Below are positions 8,697-16,861 of a stretch of DNA of 20,046 nt, piece after piece. The stretch is from positions 1-20,046 of the forward strand of contig CAVUZH010000012.1 in assembly GCA_963745835.1 (NCBI GenBank), in the 5' to 3' direction. Position 1 is the first letter of the stretch. Each line of letters starts with the position of its first letter. The DNA is from an uncultured delta proteobacterium (GTDB lineage Bacteria; Desulfobacterota; Binatia; UBA9968). The notes under the pieces were generated by a model. That model saw only the letters and a program-made list of their open reading frames with translations. It did not search any database and was not told the origin of the DNA. The position numbers and the translations under genes are program-made.

Positions 8697-8776
8697 CTGT
8701 CATTCCCGCATGCTTCTAGCGGGAATCCAGGCGGAATTCGGACTGGACCCCCGATTAAAACATTCGGGGGTGACGG
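8697..8776. repeat. REP/REPIN-like double-hairpin palindromic element
   Basis: GTCATTCCCGC-ATGCTTCTA-GCGGGAATCCAG...CTGGACCCCCGA-TTAAAACAT-TCGGGGGTGAC forms two GC-rich hairpins bracketed by GTCA/TGAC. Confidence 0.7.
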
Positions 8777-8930
8777 TCTTGGGTAGTCGCATCTCTTCAC
8801 CTTCGCCGAAATTTTCGAAGGAGTACCACGAAGGTTTCAGATTCATTTGTTTTGACTTCGTACTCTTCATGGTGAATTTGATGTTTCACAGCTCGCAAGT
8901 TGCTGCTCAGTTTTCTGCAGGAATAGCAGA

Positions 8931-9902
8931 TCATGCCAACGCTGCGCGGATCGCATCGACGATGCGATCGTCTCGCGGCCCGATGTATTCTTCCAATGGC
9001 GGGCTAAAGGGCACCGGCACATCCAGAGTGGAGACACGGCGAATGCGCGTCTTCAACTTATCGAAACCGCTCTCGGCGATGCGCGCGGCGATTTCGGCAG
9101 CGACTCCGCAACTCTGATGCGTCTCGTCGACGAGCACCACGCGATGGGTCTTCTCGATTGAGGACAGGATGGTTGCCAGGTCGAACGGCACCAAGGTGCG
9201 TGGATCGATGACCTCGACGTCGATGTTCTCCTTGGCCAACTGCTCGGCAACTTTGAGGCAGCGCTGGACGGTGTATGAGGTTGCGATCACCGTCACGTCG
9301 CCGCCCTTGCGCTTGATGTCTGCAACACCGAATGGAATCGGCTTTTCGTCTTCGGCAACTTCACCGCGCACGTCCAGAAGCTTAACGTGGTCGACAAAGA
9401 TCGTCGGGTTGTCACTGGAAACGGCTGTCTTGAGCAGGCCTTTGACATCGCGCGGCGTGGATGGAAGCACGATCTCCAAACCAGGCACATTCCACAGCAT
9501 CGCCTGGGGGCTGCCCGAGTGCTGTGCCGCGCCACCACCGCGGAGTCCGTGAAATAGATGGAAGACCACCGGCACCCGGGTCTGGCCACCGGACATGTAA
9601 TAAGCGTTGGCCGCTTCATTGGCGACTTGCGGCCACGCCTCATAGATGAAACTACCGGTGCTCAGATCGACGATGGGACGGAGACCGGCCATCGCCGCTC
9701 CCGTGGCCAGCCCGCAGAAGCCAAGTTCGGAAATAGGCGGCGAGATCATGCGCTCCCGGTATTTCTGCAGAAGCTTCTGATAGACGTGGCGGTGCGGGCT
9801 CAGGCTCAGGAACGTGCCATTGATCAAGTGCACTCGCCCATCGCCGGCCATAATTTCGTCCAATGCCTCGAACTTCGCTTCGTAATAGTTTAGCTCTCTC
9901 AT
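8931..9902 (-). CDS. E1 beta-like subunit (pair 2, divergent)
   Basis: PPISE, GLRPIVD, AAQHS and EVIDPRTLVPFD motifs. GEDV is replaced by NGTF and EIMFxDF by DLSTGSF. Confidence 0.9.
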   Translation of the reverse strand: MRELNYYEAKFEALDEIMAGDGRVHLINGTFLSLSPHRHVYQKLLQKYRERMISPPISELGFCGLATGAAMAGLRPIVDLSTGSFIYEAWPQVANEAANAYYMSGGQTRVPVVFHLFHGLRGGGAAQHSGSPQAMLWNVPGLEIVLPSTPRDVKGLLKTAVSSDNPTIFVDHVKLLDVRGEVAEDEKPIPFGVADIKRKGGDVTVIATSYTVQRCLKVAEQLAKENIDVEVIDPRTLVPFDLATILSSIEKTHRVVLVDETHQSCGVAAEIAARIAESGFDKLKTRIRRVSTLDVPVPFSPPLEEYIGPRDDRIVDAIRAALA

Positions 9903-9912
9903 ATAAGGTCCT

Positions 9913-10038
9913 CAGGCTGCTGAAAAACACCCATATGCTTCGTTGGGCTCGATTTCCTCGCTCCGACGTACAAAAAAAGTACGCCTTCGCTCGTCGATAC
10001 TTCGCCCGTCTTGCATCTGGGTCTTTTTGAACAGCCTG
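9913..10038 (-). mobile_element. ~126-bp MITE-like structured repeat, copy 1
   Basis: Terminal inverted repeats CAGGCTGCTGAAAAA / TTTTTGAACAGCCTG. The reverse complement aligns end to end with the copies at 15747 and 16862. Confidence 0.8.
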
Positions 10039-10060
10039 TCAACATTTCTTAGAAGTTAAA

Positions 10061-11080
10061 TTAGGCGAAGAAGTCGCGCTCTGCTTCTTCGGGTTTCGGA
10101 TAGGGACTAGCCACTGCAAACTCAAAGGCGGAGGCGATTTCGTCTTTGACTTGCTGTTCCATGCCAGCGATCTCTTGACGGCTGGCGTGATTGGCATCAA
10201 CCAATTCGCGAATGTAAATCAGCAACGGATCGCAGGTGCGGTACCATTCGCGCACTTTCTCCGGAACGTTGCTGACATCCCACGCCAGCGAGCTATCCGT
10301 AGGCTGCGCCACTGCCGGCCAGTTGGTCTCGCTGCCTGGCCAGCGCACAGTCTGCGCCTCGACAAATTGCGGCCCTTCGCCATGGCGAATTTTTTCCACT
10401 GCTTGGGAAATTGTTGCATGCACAAGCCCGGAATCCAGGCCGTCGATCTGCTGCGCCGGAATTTTGTAAGCCGCCGGTAAGTCGGTTAAAGGATACGTCG
10501 CCATGGATGACGACTGCGCCGCGGCCGTGGCACGACCGCTGCCATACTTGCCGTTGTTCTCGCAAAGGAAGAGCACCGGCAATTTGTAGAGTGACGCGAG
10601 ATTGAACGCTTCCGGCGCCGCTCCTTCCTCCAGCGCGCCGTCACCGAACAGGCAAACCGTAATCCGGCCGTTCTTCAGCGCCTTGGCGGCGTAAGCGGTG
10701 CCGGTTGACAGCGGGATTATACCGGCCACCACTCCCGAGCTATGAAGAAATCCCAGAGAGGGCGCCACCGAATGGAAGGACCCGCCTTTGCCTTTGTTGA
10801 GGCCGTCGGCGCGTCCCAAAATTTCGGCGCACAACCGTTTGGGGTCAGCGCCGCGCGCCAATAAATGGCCGTGGTTCCTGTGGGTAGTGAAGAGATAATC
10901 ATCGGCACCCAGGCAGGACAACGCCGGCACGCCGGTGGCCTCCTGACCGATGTACAAATGATAGTGACCGCTAAAAACACCTCGATCATGCAGGGGCACC
11001 AGATTTTCTTCAAAATGACGGATCGTGAACATCCGCCGGCACAAATCCAACAACGCCTCGCGCGGTAAATTGGGTAACAT
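10061..11080 (-). CDS. E1 alpha-like subunit (pair 2, divergent)
   Basis: HLYIGQEA, THRNHGH, GKGGSFH and GDGA...ENN are present. RxxGH is replaced by RWPGS. Confidence 0.9.
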   Translation of the reverse strand: MLPNLPREALLDLCRRMFTIRHFEENLVPLHDRGVFSGHYHLYIGQEATGVPALSCLGADDYLFTTHRNHGHLLARGADPKRLCAEILGRADGLNKGKGGSFHSVAPSLGFLHSSGVVAGIIPLSTGTAYAAKALKNGRITVCLFGDGALEEGAAPEAFNLASLYKLPVLFLCENNGKYGSGRATAAAQSSSMATYPLTDLPAAYKIPAQQIDGLDSGLVHATISQAVEKIRHGEGPQFVEAQTVRWPGSETNWPAVAQPTDSSLAWDVSNVPEKVREWYRTCDPLLIYIRELVDANHASRQEIAGMEQQVKDEIASAFEFAVASPYPKPEEAERDFFA

Positions 11081-11108
11081 GAGCCTGAGATAATCAAAAG
11101 CCTTTGCT

Positions 11109-11132
11109 TTGTCAATGTCGAATGATTGACAA
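11109..11132. promoter_or_regulatory. Inverted repeat forming back-to-back TTGACA boxes in the divergent promoter region
   Basis: TTGTCAAT-N8-ATTGACAA lies between the divergent starts at 11080 (-) and 11188 (+). Confidence 0.5.
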
Positions 11133-11187
11133 CAATTTAATATCGCGACTATATCCGAATAGATGAAGTGCTCAGGAGGAATGATCG

Positions 11188-12186
11188 ATGGCTCGACATA
11201 GGATGTTCGTGTCGCTCAGCATCTATTTTATAAGTCTTTTCGTGCTCACTTCGTCGCTTTTCGCTCAAAGCAAATCGCTGAAAAAGATTCATGTCGGTGT
11301 GCCGGCGATCAGCATGGGCAATATGATCATCTTTTTCACCAAAGAGGCGAAGCTGTTCGAAAAGCATGGACTGGATGCCGATGTCGTCGTTATGAGCGGG
11401 TCGGGGATTTCTTCTCGAGCATTGGTCGGTGGCAGTGTGGAAATATCACCGATTGCCACGCCTACCGTGATGCTTTCGGTAGTGGCTGGATCGGACATGG
11501 TCATTCTCGCCCATACCATGCCAGGAGTGATTCAGTCGATGATGGTGCGGCCCGATATCAAGAAAGACGAAGATCTCAAAGGAAAAATCATCGGCGTGAC
11601 CACCTTTGGCTCCCTAACGGATTTTCTTGTGCGTCATCTTGCCAAAAAGAAAGGCATGAACCCTGACAAGGATTTTGCGCTGTTGCAAACCGGCGGCGAC
11701 GCCGAAAGACTGATCGCGCTAAGGCAGGGCAAAATCCATGCGGCGACTCTTTCCCATCCGGCATTCATTCTCGCGCAACGAGCCGGCTTTGTACCGTTGT
11801 GGGACTTTTTCAAGGAAGTTGACTATCCATGGAGTGAGATCGTGTCGCGGCGATCGACGATACAGAAGGACCGCGATCTGATCATGCGCTACATGAGGGC
11901 GCATGTCGAAGGCATCGCCTTGTTCAAAAAAGATCCTGATTTGGCCAAGAAAGTTATCAAGAAAACCCTCCGTCTGGATGACGACGGCTTGGCCCAGGAA
12001 TCTTGGGAGGTCTTCGCAAAGTACCGCCTGGCGGCGCCTTATCCAAATACAAAAGGCATGAAGACAAGTTACGAATACGTTGCCGCGACCCGGCCGGACG
12101 TTAACAAATACAAGCCCGAAGAGTTCGTCGATGCTAGCTTCGTAGAAGAACTCGACAAGAGCGGATTCATCAAAAAGCTCTACTGA
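11188..12186 (+). CDS. ABC transporter substrate-binding protein, SsuA/NMT1/THI5-like
   Basis: Signal peptide, LFEKHGLD, DLKGKIIGVTTFGSLTD and ALRQGKIHA motifs, AGGAGG RBS. Confidence 0.88.
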   Translation: MARHRMFVSLSIYFISLFVLTSSLFAQSKSLKKIHVGVPAISMGNMIIFFTKEAKLFEKHGLDADVVVMSGSGISSRALVGGSVEISPIATPTVMLSVVAGSDMVILAHTMPGVIQSMMVRPDIKKDEDLKGKIIGVTTFGSLTDFLVRHLAKKKGMNPDKDFALLQTGGDAERLIALRQGKIHAATLSHPAFILAQRAGFVPLWDFFKEVDYPWSEIVSRRSTIQKDRDLIMRYMRAHVEGIALFKKDPDLAKKVIKKTLRLDDDGLAQESWEVFAKYRLAAPYPNTKGMKTSYEYVAATRPDVNKYKPEEFVDASFVEELDKSGFIKKLY

Positions 12187-12201
12187 AGATGCTGCAGCGA
12201 A

Positions 12202-13137
12202 ATGAAAGTCAGAATCGGCATAACTCTCGGGCAACTTCTAGACACGGATAGAAAGCCCGAGGAGATTCTCGGCTTTGTCGATCATATCGAGGCTTTGGAC
12301 GTCGATTCGTTATGGGTTAGCGATCGCCTGGTTTCTTCCGCTCTGTCGCTCGAACCGATCACTTTTCTTTCCTATATCGCCGGACGGCTGCCTCGTATGA
12401 AGTTCGGCACCAGCACCTTGGTACTGTCGACCCGCAACCCGGTGATTCTCGCCAAAGAACTAGCGACGTTGGACTTTATCTCGCAGGGCCGTTTTTTCCC
12501 CGCGGTGGGACTCGGCAGCGATGACGCTAAAGATTTCGCCGCTGTGGGTGTCAGCAAAAAGGAGCGAGCCCCACGTTCGGATGAAGCCATCGTTTTGATG
12601 CGACGCTTGTGGACTGAAGAGAACGTCACCTTCGAGGGAAAATTCTACTCCGTCCAGGACGTGACGCTTACGCCACGACCGTGGCAGAAAGGCGGCCCAC
12701 CGATTTGGATCGGGGGACGGAGCGAAGCCGCGTTGCGCCGTACCGGACGCCTAGGCGACGGGTGGCTTGTATCCGCGGTCGCTGCCGGGGAAGTTGCTGC
12801 GGGGATCAAAGGCATTCGCGCCTACGCTTCTGAAGCCGGTCGGGCGCTACCGGAAGATCACTATGGCGTTTTGCTGCCGTTTTATTTCGCGCACACCGCC
12901 GATGAAGCTTATGAACACGCTAAGAAATCAATTCGTCCGCGTCCAGACCTGTCGCCATTGGAATTCACAGCCCTGGGCACTCCCGAACAAGTGCGTGAAA
13001 GAATCCAGCAATACCTCGACGCGGGTGCAACCAAGTTCGTGATGCGCCCGTGTGGTCCATTTGAGAAGTGGCGAGAACAGGTTGGACTACTTGCGCGGGA
13101 GGTGATTCAGCCACTGCAGACCCCGGACAACCATTAG
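12202..13137 (+). CDS. LLM-class flavin-dependent oxidoreductase, possibly F420-dependent
   Basis: DSLWVSD, RNPVILAKELATLD, PPIWIGGRSEAALRRTGRLGDGW, EDHYG and GATKFVMRP motifs. Confidence 0.9.
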   Translation: MKVRIGITLGQLLDTDRKPEEILGFVDHIEALDVDSLWVSDRLVSSALSLEPITFLSYIAGRLPRMKFGTSTLVLSTRNPVILAKELATLDFISQGRFFPAVGLGSDDAKDFAAVGVSKKERAPRSDEAIVLMRRLWTEENVTFEGKFYSVQDVTLTPRPWQKGGPPIWIGGRSEAALRRTGRLGDGWLVSAVAAGEVAAGIKGIRAYASEAGRALPEDHYGVLLPFYFAHTADEAYEHAKKSIRPRPDLSPLEFTALGTPEQVRERIQQYLDAGATKFVMRPCGPFEKWREQVGLLAREVIQPLQTPDNH

Positions 13138-13312
13138 GATGCACGTCAGTTTTGACCCGGTGACAAATTTACACAAATCCTCAGCTGTGAGCATTCCCTC
13201 TCGGCTCGGCGCTCGCCCCTTTCACAAGCGGTGACTTACCAATTGGATGAAAGGCCGATTCACGCCATAGACGGATTGCGCTTACTCCGGAGGGCTTGCT
13301 CCTCGACTCCTA

Positions 13313-14308
13313 TTAATAATCCGAATTGGTTAGCAGTACCGCAGCGCCGTTAACCTGACCCGATCGCAATTTCTCTAGAGCTTCATTGGCCCGTTCCAAC
13401 GGAAAAGTTTGCACCTCTGTGCGCACGGGAATGCGCGCCGCGAGCGGCAGAAATTCTTCGGCGTCACGGCGGGTCAAATTGGCGACCGAACGGATCGACC
13501 GTTCCTGCCAGAGAATTGAATAGGGAAATGACGGGATGCTACTCATGTGAATGCCGCCGCAGACTACAGTTCCGCCTTTTTTGAGCGCGAGCAGAGCTTG
13601 CGGCACGAGCTCGCCCGCCGGTGCAAAGATGATCGCGGCATCAAGCTTCACCGGCGGCAGCTCGCTGGAGCCTCCGGCCCAAACGGCGCCGAGTCGGCGC
13701 GCGAATTTCTGTGCCGCTTCATCGCCGGGCCGGCTGAAAGCGTAAAGCTCGCGGTTCTGATACTTTGCCACCTGCGCAATTATATGGGCGGCGGCACCGA
13801 AACCGTAAATCCCTAGCCGTTTACCTTCGCCTGCCTTTACCAAACTGCGGTAGCCGATCAATCCGGCGCACATCAGCGGCGCGGCTTCGGTATCACTGTA
13901 GGAGTCCGGAATGGCGAAACAAAAGCGCGGATCGGCGACCGCATAATCGGCGTAGCCGCCGTCGAGAGTGTAGCCGGTGAAACGCGCCTGATCACACAGG
14001 TTTTCGCGGCCGGATCGGCAAAACTCGCAGGCATCACAGGTCCAACCCAACCACGGCACGCCAACCCGGTCGCCAAGCTTGAAACGACTTACCCCGTCGC
14101 CGATTTTCTCCACCACACCGATGATTTCATGCCCGGGGATCAGCGGCAGCTTGGGTTCGTTTAGTTCACCGTCGGTGATATGTAGATCGGTCCGGCACAC
14201 GGCGCAGGCTCGCACCCGGATCAGAACTTGTCCCGCGCCAGCTTGCGGAGCAGTCAGCTCTGCCGAGCGCAACGGCTGGCCGGCTTTCTCAAAAAGCATC
14301 GCGCGCAT
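13313..14308 (-). CDS. Zinc-dependent alcohol dehydrogenase (AdhP-like family)
   Basis: CAVCRTD, PGHEIIG, structural zinc site CDACEFC...ENLC and GIYGFGAAA. Confidence 0.93.
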   Translation of the reverse strand: MRAMLFEKAGQPLRSAELTAPQAGAGQVLIRVRACAVCRTDLHITDGELNEPKLPLIPGHEIIGVVEKIGDGVSRFKLGDRVGVPWLGWTCDACEFCRSGRENLCDQARFTGYTLDGGYADYAVADPRFCFAIPDSYSDTEAAPLMCAGLIGYRSLVKAGEGKRLGIYGFGAAAHIIAQVAKYQNRELYAFSRPGDEAAQKFARRLGAVWAGGSSELPPVKLDAAIIFAPAGELVPQALLALKKGGTVVCGGIHMSSIPSFPYSILWQERSIRSVANLTRRDAEEFLPLAARIPVRTEVQTFPLERANEALEKLRSGQVNGAAVLLTNSDY

Positions 14309-14554
14309 AGGGTCAATCTATTCTTATCGTTGCCAGTTTAGAAGCGCGCAGACTGGCCAGGTCAGGCAATCATTAGGAGCCAAGAGATCTACGGCATTTG
14401 AAACTTGGTCAAAGCAAGCGTATGCACCTAAAGTTAACCTCTACCAGGGCAGCTTCTGAACTTCGAAAAATCCGGCTGTCAATATTACTGGCAATTCGAC
14501 TGGATTATTATTAGCAGCAAGCGTTAACAAAAGATCAGAGCCAGAGGAAATATC

Positions 14555-15601
14555 TTGAAGTTACTATTGGTCGCGCTCGGCGTTCTCATGATACTGGCCA
14601 CCGTGCTGCCGTTTTTGAAGAAAGATGAATGGTGGGTCAGAATCTTCGATTTTCCTCGCTTGCAGATTACTTTGATAATCGCTGTGGTCTTTGCCGCGTA
14701 CCTGCCCCTCAGAGGCAACTCCATCGCCGATTATGCGTTCTTAGTCGCATTGATACTGTGTCTGACATACCAAAGTTACATGATGTATCCGTACACGCGC
14801 TTGTCGCCCAAACAGGTGCAATGGAGTAAGAAGGCGGCGAAAGATTCGAGCATCAGCCTGCTGTTTGCAAACGTGCTGATACAAAACCACAACGCGGCTC
14901 GTTTGAAAGAAATCATCAAAAGAGCTGATCCTGATCTTATCTTGACTGCTGAAACCGACGACTGGTGGCGGGAACAACTAAAGGAATTCGATCAGACACA
15001 TCCGTATGTCGTCGCGCAACCGCAAGACAACAGCTATGGAATACTCCTTCAGTCCAGACTTGAATTGATAAATCCGCAGGTCAAATTCCTGGTTCAGGAC
15101 GACATACCTTCCATCCATACGCGAGTCAAATTGCGGTCAGGAATGGAAGTTGAGCTGCGTGGGCTTCATCCGCGGCCGCCGGTTCCAGAGGAGGATGGCA
15201 GGTCAACCGAACGCGATGCGGAGCTGCTTGTCGTCGGAAAGGAAGTCAAAGGAAAAAAGGATCCCATCGTGGTTTTGGGCGACTTAAACGATGTCGCGTG
15301 GTCGAGAACTAATAACTTGTTTCAGGACATCAGCGGACTATTAGATCCACGAATCGGGCGCGGCTTTTATCATACCTTTCATGCCAAATACCCGTTCATT
15401 CGATTTCCATTGGATCACTTCTTCCATTCGAATCATTTTCGCTTGGTGCAACTCCGACGGCTGCCGTACTTCGGTTCAGATCATTTCCCGGTCTACATCA
15501 AGCTGAATTACGAGCCGGATGCCGAGAAGGAGCAGGAAGAATTACATGCGGATCAGTCTCAGAAAGAAGAGGCCGAGGAGAAGATAGACCAGGTCAGGTG
15601 A
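14555..15601 (+). CDS. Membrane-anchored endonuclease/exonuclease/phosphatase (EEP, YafD-like) protein
   Basis: Three N-terminal hydrophobic segments, then ANV, AETD, LHPRPP, GDLND, LDH and GSDHFP motifs. TTG start with a GAGG RBS. Confidence 0.88.
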   Translation: MKLLLVALGVLMILATVLPFLKKDEWWVRIFDFPRLQITLIIAVVFAAYLPLRGNSIADYAFLVALILCLTYQSYMMYPYTRLSPKQVQWSKKAAKDSSISLLFANVLIQNHNAARLKEIIKRADPDLILTAETDDWWREQLKEFDQTHPYVVAQPQDNSYGILLQSRLELINPQVKFLVQDDIPSIHTRVKLRSGMEVELRGLHPRPPVPEEDGRSTERDAELLVVGKEVKGKKDPIVVLGDLNDVAWSRTNNLFQDISGLLDPRIGRGFYHTFHAKYPFIRFPLDHFFHSNHFRLVQLRRLPYFGSDHFPVYIKLNYEPDAEKEQEELHADQSQKEEAEEKIDQVR

Positions 15602-15746
15602 ATAGGTCCCTGGGTATTGCCGGATCTATCGGGCTGGAATTTGAATAACTATGAATCGACGCGAAGATCCCAGCCCGCCTTCGAGCCGATGTAAGCGGGC
15701 AGGACGACAAAGCGTAAGCCAAGAGATTGCGGAGAAACTCTGATTG

Positions 15747-15872
15747 CAGGCTGCTCAAAAAGATCCAGAGGCGAGGCGCGCGAAAAAATCGACGAGCTAA
15801 GGCGTACTTACAGTACGTTGCAGCGAGACGATTTGAGCGGAACGAAGCATATGGGTCTTTTTCAAAAGCCTG
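15747..15872 (+). mobile_element. ~126-bp MITE-like structured repeat, copy 2
   Basis: CAGGCTGCTCAAAAAG...CTTTTTCAAAAGCCTG followed by CTAG, with central hairpin GCGTAC-TTACA-GTACGT. Confidence 0.8.
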
Positions 15873-16181
15873 CTAGTCCAGATCGATATCCTTGATTGGC
15901 TTGGTGATCGGCTCTTCTTTTGCCTTCTTGAACAACTCTTGAAATTTGGCTTCTAGCACCTTGGATTTATTTTTTTCAGCGGCCGCAACCTGTTGATATT
16001 TTTCATCCCGCTTGGTCGCTTCAGCCTTGACGTACTGGACGGCATCCTTCAGATGATCTAACAGTTGTGGTTTGGGCGGCAATTTATGATCGAGAACGGC
16101 TGAGAGAACTGGATCGATCGTCAATGTCGCGCTGCAACAAGGACACGTTACCACAATATTGGAACTTTTCTCCTCTGACAT
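15873..16181 (-). CDS. Hypothetical protein with a CPCC knuckle, coiled coil and acidic DIDLD tail
   Basis: 102 aa with GGAGGA RBS. VVTCPCCSATLTID at the N-terminus and a K/E-rich helix. Confidence 0.8.
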   Translation of the reverse strand: MSEEKSSNIVVTCPCCSATLTIDPVLSAVLDHKLPPKPQLLDHLKDAVQYVKAEATKRDEKYQQVAAAEKNKSKVLEAKFQELFKKAKEEPITKPIKDIDLD

Positions 16182-16224
16182 TTTCAGTCCTCCGGTTTCT
16201 CCCCAAGTACCAGCTTACTCATCG

Positions 16225-16301
16225 ATTTTGGATTTTGGATTGCCAATTTTGGATTGAATTCAGAATCCGAGATCGGCAATCCAAAATCCGAAATCCAAAA
16301 T
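16225..16301. repeat. Inverted array of ATTTTGG/CCAAAAT heptamers forming a long hairpin
   Basis: Left arm ATTTTGG ATTTTGG ATTGCCA ATTTTGG ATT pairs with right arm AAT CCGAGAT CGGCAAT CCAAAAT CCGAAAT, plus one extra CCAAAAT. Confidence 0.8.
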
Positions 16302-16304
16302 GCG

Positions 16305-16673
16305 TCATCCCCGTAGTTCGATCTGCTCGCCGTCGGGCCCGGCGAAAACGACCCGACGCCAGCCTTCTTCTCGCGCTTCCCGAGCGGCGGTATCATGGGG
16401 CGCGCGGACTAATTGGACACCATTTTTTTTCAACGCTGCGACGGTTTGATCGAAGTTGTCGGTTTCTAAGCAAAAGTGAAACCCACTCATGGCGCCATCG
16501 GATTTATGCGTCAGCTCCAACACCGAATCTCCCAATTTCAAGTACGCGATCTGCATCCCTCCTGTGGCGGCATGCTGGAAGTAGTGCTTGAAGCCGAAGT
16601 GCTTTTGGTAGAATTCGATGGAGCGGCCAAGGTCTTTGACGTGGATCGCTACATGGTCGATGCGCTTGAACAT
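16305..16673 (-). CDS. VOC (glyoxalase/bleomycin resistance/epimerase) family protein
   Basis: IDHVAIHVKDLGRSIEFY, VLEL, HFCLETD and GPDGEQIEL motifs. Start at ATG 16673 with AAGGAG RBS. Confidence 0.92.
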   Translation of the reverse strand: MFKRIDHVAIHVKDLGRSIEFYQKHFGFKHYFQHAATGGMQIAYLKLGDSVLELTHKSDGAMSGFHFCLETDNFDQTVAALKKNGVQLVRAPHDTAAREAREEGWRRVVFAGPDGEQIELRG

Positions 16674-16825
16674 ACTGTGCTCCTTAGCTGAAGGATAGCC
16701 TCGTAGTGCGACGGTTTGCAAGCGAGTGAAAAAGCGCCGGCAAGAGAGTAAGCTAAAGCGATGTTAAGCCGCTGGTTGTGAATTCCGCTTCTCCTGACTG
16801 GTATGAAGCCCAGGGAAACGAGTAA

Positions 16826-16855
16826 TGTTTAGTAGACTTTCTGTTTAGTAGACTT
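16826..16855. repeat. 14-bp direct repeat, two copies, period 16
   Basis: TGTTTAGTAGACTT at 16826-16839 and 16842-16855. Confidence 0.8.
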
Positions 16856-16861
16856 CAATGT

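Noticed and set aside
8710-9117. 135-aa + strand ORF spanning the REP-like element
   Set aside because: It starts inside a palindromic repeat, runs antisense into beta2 and has no recognisable motifs.
13138-13312. Possible ncRNA in the LLM/ADH convergent gap (CCTTTCA...TGAAAGG)
   Set aside because: Only a 7-bp inverted repeat is present, with no recognisable family features or second copy.
16067-16591. ORFs 16067..16591 (+) and 16184..16396 (-) with FWILD/IQNPK-type repeats
   Set aside because: They are translations of the heptamer hairpin and overlap better-supported genes.
16225-16855. CRISPR array from the short repeats
   Set aside because: The repeats are 7 or 14 bp with no unique spacers and there are no cas genes.
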